DNA of 64,000 bases from Micavibrio sp. (GTDB lineage Bacteria; Patescibacteriota; Minisyncoccia; Moranbacterales; GCA-2747515), in contig DYDB01000006.1 in assembly GCA_020718085.1 (NCBI GenBank), positions 8,510 through 72,509 on the forward strand, in the 5' to 3' direction. Each line of letters begins with the position of its first letter. Within the stretch, counting starts at the first letter, position 1. Shown one piece after another: positions 30,595-40,285 of the stretch. The notes beneath the pieces are model-generated. The model was not told the origin of the DNA. It made no database searches and saw nothing but the letters and a program-made list of their open reading frames with translations. The translations under genes and the position numbers were made by a program.

Positions 30595-30768
30595 ATGCAA
30601 GAAAATGATGTCATTGTAAGTGCAAGAGCGCTTGCAAAAGTATGGGAAATTGTGCGTGAAAAATTGCGCACAGAAGATCTTGTGCGATTTGCGCGCACAG
30701 AAAAAGGTATTTATGCTATGTGGGTGCAAAACGAGCTTAACCGCCGTAAAGTAGGCGGTCACACATGA
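30595..30768 (+). CDS. Small ORF (57 aa) in its own promoter-to-terminator unit: MQENDVIVSARALAKVWEIVREKLRTEDLVRFARTEKGIYAMWVQNELNRRKVGGHT
   Basis: Not in the ORF track (<60 aa). Balanced composition, a strong promoter upstream and an intrinsic terminator downstream. No obvious SD sequence. Confidence 0.35.
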   Translation: MQENDVIVSARALAKVWEIVREKLRTEDLVRFARTEKGIYAMWVQNELNRRKVGGHT

Positions 30769-30793
30769 CAAGATATGAACAGAAACAAAAAAG

Positions 30794-30830
30794 AACGACG
30801 TGTATGTAAGAACATACCGTCGTTTTTCAT
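30794..30830 (+). terminator. Rho-independent terminator (aacgacg-t-gtatgt...acatac-cgtcgtt + TTTTT)
   Basis: Long interrupted hairpin and T-run 25 bp after the small ORF stop. Confidence 0.7.
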
Positions 30831-30949
30831 TTTTACTTAAGCCGATCACACTTGTCTTCCAACTATTTTAATGCTGTATGGGAAAAGATGGGTAGTTCTA
30901 AAAAATTGCAAAAAAATGGCTTTTGATATACGATTGAAACATAAAAGTA

Positions 30950-31160
30950 ACATCCTTTGACGACATGATCACTGTCGGAATCTGCTCTCTCGGGCGATGG
31001 GATATGAGAAGAAATCACTCATGTACGTGTGAAAATAGAACTCATCGGGTAAGCCCGTAAGCGCTGTAGTTGAGAGTGGTCAGTCATTGGCTACTGAATT
31101 AAGGTGGTACCACGTTTATGATCTGTGAACGTCCTTAAAAGATTTTTAAGGATTTTTTTG
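30950..31160 (+). ncRNA. Candidate structured RNA leader (riboswitch-like or small RNA). A GC-enriched segment with nested stems, ending in the intrinsic terminator at 31132..31160, just upstream of the membrane glycosyltransferase-like gene
   Basis: Local GC content is clearly above the flanking intergenic DNA. Stems such as cgggcgatg...catcgggtaagcccg are visible. The segment terminates in tccttaaaa-gat-ttttaagga + TTTTTTT. No class could be assigned. Confidence 0.3.
31132..31160 (+). terminator. Intrinsic terminator/attenuator hairpin (tccttaaaa/ttttaagga, loop gat, T7 run)
   Basis: Perfect 9-bp stem plus a T-run, located immediately 5' of the first in-frame ATG (31170) of the next gene. 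Confidence 0.5.
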
Positions 31161-31169
31161 TTTCATCAA

Positions 31170-32297
31170 ATGATCATGCGGACATCTTTTTTCAAAAACA
31201 GGGCAGTTATCTTGGCATTATTATGGTTTGTTTTGGTAAATGTGATCGGACTGGTTGCCAATAACCGTGTTGATCTTGATGCAGATACAGCATATTCATG
31301 GATGCCTGTGGAAAAATATGACCAGGATCAGTCATGGTATATTGTGGATTTACATGCGCGCTGGGATTCCAACTGGTATGTGGATATCGTGAAAAATGGA
31401 TATCAGCGAAAAGCAGATGACACGCTTTCTAATCTTGTGTTTTTCCCATTGTATCCATTTTTGGTGAAGGTTGTTTCATTTTTTACACAGGGACATATTG
31501 AATTGGCTGGCTGGATCGTGAGTGGCACATTCATGATCTTGAGTTGCATGATCCTTCTGAAATTAGTAAAAGAATTTCATCAGGGTATTGCAGAACCACT
31601 TTATGCAGTTTTTCTCCTTCTTATTTTTCCGACGGCGTTTTTTCTCAATGCGGTGTATACAGAATCACTATTCTTATTTTTGTCACTCTCGACTTTTTAT
31701 TGGGCGTTCAGGCGAAATTATGTGTTGGTTGGGATCTTTGGTTTTTTGGCAGCAATAACGCGTGTGACCGGTGTGTTGCTTTTTGTGCCACTCGTGATCC
31801 ATATGTGGATGTTGTGGAGAACTGATGGTGAATCGGTAAAAAAAGCGTGGGCACTGGTTCTCATCCCATGTGGCACAGCAGTATTTTTTCTCTATCATTG
31901 GATTTTTTATGGAGATCCATTACTGTTTTTTACTATAGAGAGCGCATGGGGACGGTCGTTTGCCGTTAATAAAGATCATTTTATCTTTCTCACACATGCT
32001 TCTCGGGCAAATTTTTTCTTGGATGTATCTTATCTCGTATTCGGACTTGGCGTGGCAGCATATTTAATGAGAATCAAACAATATGCGTATAGCGTATATA
32101 TGTTTAGTACGATCGGTGTAGCTGTGGCAAGTGGTACACTGATGAGTATCGGACGGTATATTCTTGTGCTGTTTCCCATATACATTGTCGGTGCGATGAT
32201 CAAAAATGATGTGATAAGATATGTGTGGATCCTTACATCAACAATGCTGATGGCACTCAATACATATTTATTTGTGAACTGGTATTGGGCGGGGTAA
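31170..32297 (+). CDS. Polytopic membrane protein, GT-C-fold glycosyltransferase-like (PIG-V/DUF2029-type mannosyltransferase-like)
   Basis: 'WDSNWYVDIVKNGYQRKADDTLSNLVFFPLYPFLVK' resembles the PIG-V/GT-C 'W..WD..WY..IA..GY...FFPLYP' loop. About 10 TM helices. The ORF-track GTG at 31125 overlaps the terminator hairpin, so the ATG at 31170 is preferred. Confidence 0.45.
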   Translation: MIMRTSFFKNRAVILALLWFVLVNVIGLVANNRVDLDADTAYSWMPVEKYDQDQSWYIVDLHARWDSNWYVDIVKNGYQRKADDTLSNLVFFPLYPFLVKVVSFFTQGHIELAGWIVSGTFMILSCMILLKLVKEFHQGIAEPLYAVFLLLIFPTAFFLNAVYTESLFLFLSLSTFYWAFRRNYVLVGIFGFLAAITRVTGVLLFVPLVIHMWMLWRTDGESVKKAWALVLIPCGTAVFFLYHWIFYGDPLLFFTIESAWGRSFAVNKDHFIFLTHASRANFFLDVSYLVFGLGVAAYLMRIKQYAYSVYMFSTIGVAVASGTLMSIGRYILVLFPIYIVGAMIKNDVIRYVWILTSTMLMALNTYLFVNWYWAG

Positions 32298-32342
32298 AAC
32301 ACGTGTAAATTTTTACTATAATAATTATTATATAAAGATCAT

Positions 32343-35300
32343 ATGAAAAATTTTAAAGAAGTGGAACAAGGTAAAAAGTACGCAGAGATGGAACATGATG
32401 TGATGCAGTTTTGGCATGAGGACAAAACATTTGAAAAATCTGTAGATGGGCGCAGTGCGGAAAATACCTATGTGTTTTATGACGGTCCGCCGTTCATCAC
32501 GGGCGTACCGCATTACGGGACATTGCTCTCATCGATCATCAAAGATGTTGTTCCACGGTATTGGACGATGAAAGGCAAGCGTGTGGAGCGTCGCTGGGGG
32601 TGGGATTGTCATGGGCTTCCTGCAGAGAATTTGGTGGAAAAGCAACTTGGCATCAAAGATAAGCGCGATGTGGCGAAAGTGGGATTGGAAAAATATATTG
32701 AGACATGTCACGCTGCGATGGTGCAAGGTAGTGATGCATGGGAAAGCACGGTAGAGCGTATCGGGCGGTGGGTGAATTTCAAGGGCGCCTACAAAACGAT
32801 GGACCGTGACTATATGGAAAGTGTATGGTGGGCATTCAAAACACTCTATGATAAGAAAAAGATCTATGAGGGAGAAAAAGTGCTTTTGTATTGTCCGCGT
32901 TGTGCAACGCCAATTTCCAAAGCGGAAGTGTCGATGGATAACAGCTATCGTGATGTAACTGATCCATCGGTGTATGTGAAATTTGCACTGATTGAAGAAG
33001 ATCAAAAAAATGTCATCCCGACCGAAGTGGAGGGATCTCTCGACAAGCTCGAGATGACACCACAGACATATTTTTTGGCATGGACGACAACACCATGGAC
33101 ATTGTCGGCAAATGTGGCATTGGCAATCAATACAAAATTGACATACGTGAAGGTCCTAATTGGTGGTGAAACGTTTATTATGGCGGAAGACCTTGTATCA
33201 AAAGTGTTGGTTGATGAAAAAAAGATGTCATTGGAGCATGTTGTAATGGAAAAAAAAAGTGGAGCAGATCTTGTGAATAAAAAATACAAACCACTTTTCG
33301 ATGATCATGGTGAACATGCACATCGTATTGTTGCGGCGGATTTTGTGACGACGGAAGATGGTACGGGCATTGTGCATATTGCACCCGCGTTTGGTGAAGA
33401 TGATTATGCGCTCGCAAAGAAAGAGAATTTACCACTTGTGAACACGGTGGATGATAATGGCTTGTATAAAGATGGGCGATGGGCTGGTCAGCATGTGTGG
33501 GAGATCAATAAGGAAATCGCGAAGACGCTTCTGCGTGAAGGCGTGGTGTTTAAAATTGAGTATATTCAACATGAGTACCCGCATTGTCACAGATGTGATA
33601 CGAAGCTTATGTATCGTGCACATCCGAGTTGGTTCATGGATATTGATGGACAGCGATCTGAAATGCTTGCAAAAAATGAGAATATCAACTGGTTTCCAAC
33701 GCATATCAAACAGAAGCGTTTTCGCAATACGGTGGAGACGGCACCAGATTGGAATTTGAGTCGTGACCGTTTCTGGGCGACGCCGCTTCCTGTGTGGCGC
33801 GGAACCAAAGAAGATGGCACGATGGTGGAAAAAGTGATCGGCAGTTATGCGGAACTTAAAGAATTATCGGGAAAGGAACTTCCGGATTATCATTTGCCGT
33901 ACGTGGACGCCGTGACATTTGAGTGGGAGGGGGTTACGATGAAGCGCATTGATAAGGTTATGGATTGTTGGTTTGAGTCCGGCTCAATGCCGTTTGCACA
34001 ATTTCATTATCCGTTTGAGAACAAAGAAAAATTTGAGGCAAATTTCCCCGGTGATTTCATCGCAGAATATGTGGGACAGGTACGTGCGTGGTTTTATTAT
34101 ATGCATGCAATTTCCGTGGGCATCTTTGGTGAAGAGGCATTCAAAAATGTGATCGTGACGGGAACGATCGCGGGTAATGATGGGCGCAAGATGTCCAAAT
34201 CATATGGAAATTATACAGCGCCGGAGATCTTATTGGAAAAATACAGCGCCGATGCACTCCGATATTTACTTGTAAGCTCACCACTTCTTAATGGTGAGGA
34301 TTTTGCGCTTGTGGATAAAGATGTTGCGGATGTGCAAAGAAAGCTCGGAACACTGTGGAATAGCTATTCATTTTTTGTCATGTACGCCAATGTAGATGGA
34401 TGGAAACCATCAGAAAGCAAAGGGGCACCAAAAAGTGAAAATGTATTGGATCAATGGATCGTTTCACAGTTGCATACACTAATTGCTCAAGTGGACGCTG
34501 ATATGCAAAGGTACGATCTGCCAAATGCATCAAAGCCGATCATAAAATTCATCGATGATCTGTCAAATTGGTACATTCGTCGTTCTCGTAAGCGATTTTG
34601 GAAAAGTGAAAATGATGGTGACAAAAACAATGCATATGCAACACTGCATTATGTGCTTGTGGAATTATCCAAGGTAATGGCACCATTCACACCATTTATT
34701 GCGGAAGAGATCTATGGGAATCTCACTTGCCCTCACCCCAAGCCTCTCCCAAAGGGAGAGGGGGCAGCTGCTTCTGTACATTTGACCGATTTTCCTAAGG
34801 GTGATGTAGGTTTGATCAATGAAGATTTGAATATGCAAATGCAAAGAACGCGTGATGTGATCAGTGAAGGGCTTAAACTGCGCGCACGTACACAGCTCAA
34901 GGTACGTCAACCACTACAAAAGTTAATGGTGGTGAGTGAAAAATGGCATGTTTCACAAGAGATGGAAGATATTGTGTGTGAAGAGTTAAATGTCAAAGAA
35001 GTTGTCGATGTAGAAAAAATTGATGGTGAGCAGAAAAATATTGGAGAGATCGATGGTATAAAGATCGAACTTGATATCGTAGTAACGGATGCATTGAAAT
35101 TGGAGGGACAGGCCAGAGAGGCTATTCGCTACATCCAACAATTGCGCAAAAAAGCCGACTATAATGTGGATGATCGCATCGCCGTAGGAATTGACGGTAT
35201 GGCAGATGTTTTTACTGCGCACAAAGATGATATAGCACATGAAGTATTGGCACAGACGATCGTGCAAGGGGTTGTGGAAGATCATGATATCACAGAGGAG

Positions 35301-35345
35301 TGTGAGATCGATGGGAAAAAAGTGACGATTTCTTTAAAGAAGTAA
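32343..35345 (+). CDS. ileS: Isoleucine--tRNA ligase (type 2, eukaryote/archaeal-like), carrying a 12-aa in-frame insertion encoded by a hairpin repeat
   Basis: HIGH-region 'PPFITGVPHYGTLLS', 'WDCHGLP', editing (CP1) domain, KMSKS 'RKMSKSYGNY'. 1000 aa. The insertion 'CPHPKPLPKGEG' at 34730..34765 corresponds to repeat copy 2. Confidence 0.9.
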   Translation: MKNFKEVEQGKKYAEMEHDVMQFWHEDKTFEKSVDGRSAENTYVFYDGPPFITGVPHYGTLLSSIIKDVVPRYWTMKGKRVERRWGWDCHGLPAENLVEKQLGIKDKRDVAKVGLEKYIETCHAAMVQGSDAWESTVERIGRWVNFKGAYKTMDRDYMESVWWAFKTLYDKKKIYEGEKVLLYCPRCATPISKAEVSMDNSYRDVTDPSVYVKFALIEEDQKNVIPTEVEGSLDKLEMTPQTYFLAWTTTPWTLSANVALAINTKLTYVKVLIGGETFIMAEDLVSKVLVDEKKMSLEHVVMEKKSGADLVNKKYKPLFDDHGEHAHRIVAADFVTTEDGTGIVHIAPAFGEDDYALAKKENLPLVNTVDDNGLYKDGRWAGQHVWEINKEIAKTLLREGVVFKIEYIQHEYPHCHRCDTKLMYRAHPSWFMDIDGQRSEMLAKNENINWFPTHIKQKRFRNTVETAPDWNLSRDRFWATPLPVWRGTKEDGTMVEKVIGSYAELKELSGKELPDYHLPYVDAVTFEWEGVTMKRIDKVMDCWFESGSMPFAQFHYPFENKEKFEANFPGDFIAEYVGQVRAWFYYMHAISVGIFGEEAFKNVIVTGTIAGNDGRKMSKSYGNYTAPEILLEKYSADALRYLLVSSPLLNGEDFALVDKDVADVQRKLGTLWNSYSFFVMYANVDGWKPSESKGAPKSENVLDQWIVSQLHTLIAQVDADMQRYDLPNASKPIIKFIDDLSNWYIRRSRKRFWKSENDGDKNNAYATLHYVLVELSKVMAPFTPFIAEEIYGNLTCPHPKPLPKGEGAAASVHLTDFPKGDVGLINEDLNMQMQRTRDVISEGLKLRARTQLKVRQPLQKLMVVSEKWHVSQEMEDIVCEELNVKEVVDVEKIDGEQKNIGEIDGIKIELDIVVTDALKLEGQAREAIRYIQQLRKKADYNVDDRIAVGIDGMADVFTAHKDDIAHEVLAQTIVQGVVEDHDITEECEIDGKKVTISLKK
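34730..34765. repeat. 36-nt hairpin repeat, copy 2, inserted in-frame within ileS: ccctcaccccaagcctctcccaaagggagagggggc
   Basis: 34/36 identity with the intergenic copy at 4375..4410. It lies in the ileS reading frame (codon phase checked: C-P-H-P-K-P-L-P-K-G-E-G). Confidence 0.6.
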
Positions 35346-35356
35346 AATATTTCTTC

Positions 35357-36091
35357 GTGAAACAAAATTATCATGCAATTGCATTGGATAAAAAGGATAC
35401 TGGTGAGATGGACCGTCTCTACACATTTTACACGCGGGAAAATGGTTTGATACGCGTGCCTGCAAAATCCATTCGTAAAAGTGAGGCAAAACTTGCGGCG
35501 CAGGTGGAGGATTTTGTATTGGCGCATATCACAGTTGTGAAAAATTATGGTCGCGGAACGCTTGCTGGTGCTGTGGCAGAAGAATATTTTGATGGATTAC
35601 ATATGCATTATGTTGCATTGTCTTGTGTCGATCATGTACGAAAAGTTTTTTTGACCGTTGTGCAAGAGCAAGAGCGAGACGAACAAGTTTTTGGATTGCT
35701 TTTGGCATATTTGCGAAAGATCGAAGAGTTGTCTGATATAAAAGATCATGTACAAAATGATGAGCAAATAAAATGGATCACGTATGCATTTTTGATCAAA
35801 TTATTTGGGATTCAGGGGTATGTGTTCGATGTAAAGAAATGTGTGGCATGTGATGTTTTACCAACAGCACAAACACATACTGTTTTTGATGTACATAATG
35901 GAGGAATGATATGTGGACGTTGTGCACAAAAAACGATCAATGTTTGTGCAATGGATGTTGACACGATCAAATCACTGCGTGCGATCTACAGTAATCATTT
36001 GCCCATGCTTTCCAAAATTGTGGTGCATCAAACTGTAAATAAACAATTGCAAAATATTGTGACACAGATCGAAAAATGGATCATGCGGTAG
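35357..36091 (+). CDS. recO: DNA repair protein RecO (GTG start)
   Basis: N-terminal OB-fold 'AIALDKKDTGEMDRLYTFYTRENGLIRVPAKSIRKSEAKL' (RecO GIVL...GEsD..v.lfT...G motif). C-terminal zinc finger 'CVACDV...CGRCAQ'. Confidence 0.75.
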   Translation: MKQNYHAIALDKKDTGEMDRLYTFYTRENGLIRVPAKSIRKSEAKLAAQVEDFVLAHITVVKNYGRGTLAGAVAEEYFDGLHMHYVALSCVDHVRKVFLTVVQEQERDEQVFGLLLAYLRKIEELSDIKDHVQNDEQIKWITYAFLIKLFGIQGYVFDVKKCVACDVLPTAQTHTVFDVHNGGMICGRCAQKTINVCAMDVDTIKSLRAIYSNHLPMLSKIVVHQTVNKQLQNIVTQIEKWIMR

Positions 36092-36169
36092 TTTGATGAA
36101 AATCTGATATAATACAAAGGAGAGGTAAGAGATGAATATGATCATCTTTTTAACCGTTAACACAAAAAT

Positions 36170-38041
36170 ATGTCTTTACGAGAAATAGAGAAAGATATTC
36201 AAAAACATGAATCAGAAATAATTAAGCGTGAACACGATACAACTGCATATGATGTGTGGAGATCACAGGAAAAAATCCAAGAAGATGTTGGTCCGAGCAA
36301 TTGGCAAAAGATCAAGGATCGTTTAATTGGTGTACGCATCAGAGGCATTGTTTTGGGGGGTATAGTATTACTTGGCATTACGATCATTACACTGTCCGTG
36401 GTTTCTTTTGTATATTTTCAAAAAGGTTTTTTTGCGCAAGAGCGTGTGACACTATCCATAGAAGCGAGTCAAGCGATTGACAGCAATAAACTAACGGAAG
36501 TGACTTTTATATATGATAATAACAATCGTGCCACACTAAGTAATGCAGAAATTGCAGTCGGTTTTGGTGATCATTTCGTTCCTGCGGGAGAACAAGATGA
36601 CTTTACACAAGTAAGTGACAGTCAGGGTGTGATTCGCATTGGAAAGATCGGCGGTCATGATAAAGGGAAATTTGTTCTTACGGGATATTTTGCAGGACCG
36701 CAGAATTCTACCAATTCAATTTCCGGTATATTGCGATACACACCGGAAAAAACAAATGCACGCTATGAAACAAATGCGCGCGCTGCTACGACGATCACCT
36801 CATCACCCGTGGTTATTGATGTAGAATCTCCACTTAGTATTGTCAGTGGAAATCTCATGAACATTGTTTTCAAGATTAAAAACACCAGCGATAGCGACTT
36901 ATCGCAACTGAGATTTTCTGTAGAAATGCCAGATACATTCTCTCTCTATAATTCGTCCCCACTTCCTAATTATGGCAATACCTGGTTGCTTGATGGCATA
37001 AAGGCAAAATCTGAAACTGCAATTGTCATACGTGGCGGTATCGGTGCGGCAGTTGGCACAAAGCAAAGTTTTACCGGACGTGTATTTTCTCAAGGATCAA
37101 CGAATGACATTGTAGAATATGCAAATGTAACGTATACGCCAAGCATGATCCAATCTCCGATCACTGTTCAACAAAAGCTTGTGGGTGATAGCGATGTCGT
37201 CTATGCAAATGAACGTTTGTCGTACATCGTAAAATTTGTCAATAATAGCGACGTGCCTTTGCGTGACGCGATCATAACAGTTAATTTGGACAGTGCTGTT
37301 TTGGATTATGAAAAATTGGAGTTATTGGATGGTGGTGATTATGATCAAGAAAATAGACGTATTGTCTGGAAAGCTGCAGATGTTCCTGCCCTCAAAATTT
37401 TTGAACCGCAAAAATCGGGAGAGGTGCGATTTATTGTGCCAGTTTTGGAAAATTTGCCTGTGAACAATGATCAAGATTATCATTTTTCCACATCGTCCAT
37501 TGCTTCGATTGACAGTGAGGATATCCCTTCAGAATTGAGAGAAAACAAGACAGTACTTAGTAATATATTAACTATTCCTGTGGGAGCAAAAGTATTGTAT
37601 GAACCAAAGATCGTATTTAAATCAGGAGCAAGGAAATTAAAAGTTGGAGAAGAAACAATTTATACGGTCACGGTAAAGCTGGGTAGTGTGAATAATGATC
37701 TGGACAATGTAAAAGTTTTTCTCCCTTTGCCAACGCATACAAAATATGAAGGCAATGCAGACAAGGACGGGATGGAATACAATGAGCGTAGTAATGAATT
37801 GGTGTGGAATATCGGAAAAATGACACATGGCACGGGTATCATAAGTGATGCGAGGGAAATTTCTTTTGAATTGAGCATCAAACCAAGCGTTGATCAATTG
37901 GGAACATATGTTCCGATCATAAAAGATCAAAAAATAGCTGGTATGGATGTATTTGCAAAAAGGAATTTTGAGTTCAACAGGGATATGCTCACAACAGCGC
38001 ATAGTGATCAGGATTTCACAGAAAAAACTGTGCAACCTTAG
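36170..38041 (+). CDS. Membrane-anchored extracellular protein with DUF11/CARDB-like repeat domains
   Basis: Cytoplasmic N-terminus, single TM 'IVLGGIVLLGITIITLSVVSFVYF', then ~540 aa of beta-rich repeats (..NNSDVPLRDAIITVNLD.. / ..KNTSDSDLSQLRFSVEMPD..). Confidence 0.4.
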   Translation: MSLREIEKDIQKHESEIIKREHDTTAYDVWRSQEKIQEDVGPSNWQKIKDRLIGVRIRGIVLGGIVLLGITIITLSVVSFVYFQKGFFAQERVTLSIEASQAIDSNKLTEVTFIYDNNNRATLSNAEIAVGFGDHFVPAGEQDDFTQVSDSQGVIRIGKIGGHDKGKFVLTGYFAGPQNSTNSISGILRYTPEKTNARYETNARAATTITSSPVVIDVESPLSIVSGNLMNIVFKIKNTSDSDLSQLRFSVEMPDTFSLYNSSPLPNYGNTWLLDGIKAKSETAIVIRGGIGAAVGTKQSFTGRVFSQGSTNDIVEYANVTYTPSMIQSPITVQQKLVGDSDVVYANERLSYIVKFVNNSDVPLRDAIITVNLDSAVLDYEKLELLDGGDYDQENRRIVWKAADVPALKIFEPQKSGEVRFIVPVLENLPVNNDQDYHFSTSSIASIDSEDIPSELRENKTVLSNILTIPVGAKVLYEPKIVFKSGARKLKVGEETIYTVTVKLGSVNNDLDNVKVFLPLPTHTKYEGNADKDGMEYNERSNELVWNIGKMTHGTGIISDAREISFELSIKPSVDQLGTYVPIIKDQKIAGMDVFAKRNFEFNRDMLTTAHSDQDFTEKTVQP

Positions 38042-38062
38042 TAATTCTTTTGAAGTGTACAT

Positions 38063-40234
38063 ATGCAATATGCCATTCTATGTGTGATCATGTTTTTTTG
38101 TCCATATATTGTTTTGGCTGTGGAAACTGAACGATCGATCGATATCATAGTGGACGAGCAAGAAATTTCTGAGTTGTATATTGAGCATGCTACTGGAAGT
38201 GCATATCAAAAGATTTTACATATTCACAACAATGGGGAAAGTGTGCAGAAAATTATTATTTCCATAGAAGATGAAAAAGAACAACGTGCGGAAAATATAG
38301 CCACACAGAGTCTGGTGTCGCTTACAAGATTTCATACAACCACCCTTGCAGACGAACTTCGAGAGATCTTGGAAAAAAATGATTACGATATCAATGCATT
38401 TTGTAAAAAAAACATCGATGTTGCAAAGAAATGGTGTGATGGTGAAACTGTTGCATCTATCGAAATTGCACCACAGGGCACAAGTGATGTTCCTGTGACC
38501 TTTTATTTTGATGATGATGAAACTGATCATCGGGCATATATGGTCTTTAAAGACAATAGCAATGCAGAACAAGATGAAATTCAACGAATGTTGGTGACAT
38601 ATCATGTGCCTGATAAAAATATTGTACAGATGAAACTGAGGAACTTTAACTTGGAAAAGGAGTTTCCATTTGGTGATTTTGGCATGTGGTTACGATCCGG
38701 CATGCGTGATGATTATGTTGCACAAATTGGCAGCGAGAATAATGGAACCGAAAATGTGCGATACACGTATTTTACAGAAGTGGAATCGGTATGGATCGGA
38801 GAAAAGCTGTTTTTTAGTGAAGAAAATGATAGTGTGAGCGGTTCAGTACAGAGTGATCATGTGCACGTAACGATGCCACGCTTTGGAAAAATGCGCATAA
38901 CGGGTGGTGTTTCTTATATTGATCAAAACCAAAAAATAATTGAGCACAGGAGTGATCCGATAAATTTGATCGTGTGGCCGGTGCATTTTGTAATTATTTT
39001 TTCTCTTGGGAGTTGTTTTTGTGGGATTTGTGTTTTATTATATAAGTATATAAGAAAAAATATGTTTGGATTTAGAAAAAATAAAAAAAATAATACACAA
39101 TTTACAGGTACATATATTGTGCAAGATACGGATAATATTATCTCTATTGCACAAATGTTTGGTGTGCCGTGGAAAGAGCTTGCAGAATACAATAAGATCG
39201 ACGCACCGTATATCCTGATCTCAGGGGAAACAATCAGTGTGCCAGGTCCACAAACTGCTGTTGTTGAGAATGTGCAAGAGGATATGCAAGAGCAAAATGT
39301 TTTGGAACAAAATCATGTAGAGCAAGAGAATGTCGGTATGAAAAACAGTGAACCTGCAATGCAAAAAATTCCAACAATTGCCGAGCAAAGAGGAGAAATG
39401 AAATATGTTGCACAGCGTGATGTGCAGCGCACAAAACAAGATATACAGCATGTCGAGAAGAGAGATCCTCTGACGGTGCCGGGACAAGACCATGGTCCGA
39501 TCAAGAGAAAGGTAACATTTGCTGCGCCACAAAGTATGCTAGCGCAACCAGCTTCAGAGCCGACAACAAGAGCAATTGATATTGAATGGATGCGTGATGA
39601 TGAAGAGGCTTATAATGAGGAAATGGAGTTTCAGCGAAAAAGTGTGAATAAGCGATTGAGCATAGTTGTCGCTGTTGGCGTGTGTGCAATTGGCGGTGTT
39701 ATTGTATGGGGTGCCATGCAATGGATGCAACGCGATGCCGAGAAAAAAGTTTCTGTAGAAACCTTAATTGAAGAGGATACTTCAGTAAAAAATGACGAGA
39801 ATACAACAGCATTGTCGTCAGAAGATGTTGCACAAGACAGTGCTTCTGATGAACAGGGTGATGATGTTGTTGCAGATAATGGTGAAAATCAGAATATAGA
39901 TGAGGAAAAATTAAAGGAACAAGAAACACAGGCAACAACAGAGCAAAAAATGCCAAGTGAGATCACTGTACAAGTATTGAATGCAGGTGCCGCAACCGGC
40001 GCAGCAGGAGCAGTTTCGGCAGAGATCAAAAATAAGGGCTACAAGATAAATTCTGCTCAAAATGCGCAAAGCTCTTATGAAGATGTGATGATTTACTATA
40101 CATCGGAGATGAAGGAATATGTGGATGTACTTGCACAAACTGTCGATGCAAAGTATGGCAGTCAGAAAAAAGAAGAATCTACTGATGTGCCTGGGAAATA
40201 TAAGGCGGATATTGTTATCGTACTTGGAACATAG
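38063..40234 (+). CDS. Secreted/membrane protein with a LysM domain and a C-terminal LytR_cpsA_psr C-terminal (LytR_C) domain
   Basis: Signal peptide MQYAILCVIMFFCPYIVLAV. TM 'LIVWPVHFVIIFSLGSCFCGICVLLY'. LysM 'YIVQDTDNIISIAQMFGVPWKELAEYNKIDAPYILISGETISVP'. LytR_C 'ITVQVLNAGAATGAAGAVSAEIKNKGYKIN...DVMIYY...ADIVIVLG'. Confidence 0.6.
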   Translation: MQYAILCVIMFFCPYIVLAVETERSIDIIVDEQEISELYIEHATGSAYQKILHIHNNGESVQKIIISIEDEKEQRAENIATQSLVSLTRFHTTTLADELREILEKNDYDINAFCKKNIDVAKKWCDGETVASIEIAPQGTSDVPVTFYFDDDETDHRAYMVFKDNSNAEQDEIQRMLVTYHVPDKNIVQMKLRNFNLEKEFPFGDFGMWLRSGMRDDYVAQIGSENNGTENVRYTYFTEVESVWIGEKLFFSEENDSVSGSVQSDHVHVTMPRFGKMRITGGVSYIDQNQKIIEHRSDPINLIVWPVHFVIIFSLGSCFCGICVLLYKYIRKNMFGFRKNKKNNTQFTGTYIVQDTDNIISIAQMFGVPWKELAEYNKIDAPYILISGETISVPGPQTAVVENVQEDMQEQNVLEQNHVEQENVGMKNSEPAMQKIPTIAEQRGEMKYVAQRDVQRTKQDIQHVEKRDPLTVPGQDHGPIKRKVTFAAPQSMLAQPASEPTTRAIDIEWMRDDEEAYNEEMEFQRKSVNKRLSIVVAVGVCAIGGVIVWGAMQWMQRDAEKKVSVETLIEEDTSVKNDENTTALSSEDVAQDSASDEQGDDVVADNGENQNIDEEKLKEQETQATTEQKMPSEITVQVLNAGAATGAAGAVSAEIKNKGYKINSAQNAQSSYEDVMIYYTSEMKEYVDVLAQTVDAKYGSQKKEESTDVPGKYKADIVIVLGT

Positions 40235-40285
40235 CTGTGCATGATGCGCAATTGAAAAATACAAAAAACACAAATATAAATTTAT

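Noticed and set aside
30574-30849. 91-aa minus-strand ORF across the small-ORF/terminator island
   Set aside because: It runs antisense through a promoter, a plausible small + strand gene and its terminator. The composition is typical of a spurious ORF.
30950-31125. tRNA, tmRNA, SRP-RNA or RNase P identity for the GC-rich segment
   Set aside because: No T-loop GTTCRANYC, tmRNA tag-reading frame, SRP domain-IV motif or RNase P P4 consensus could be recognised by eye.
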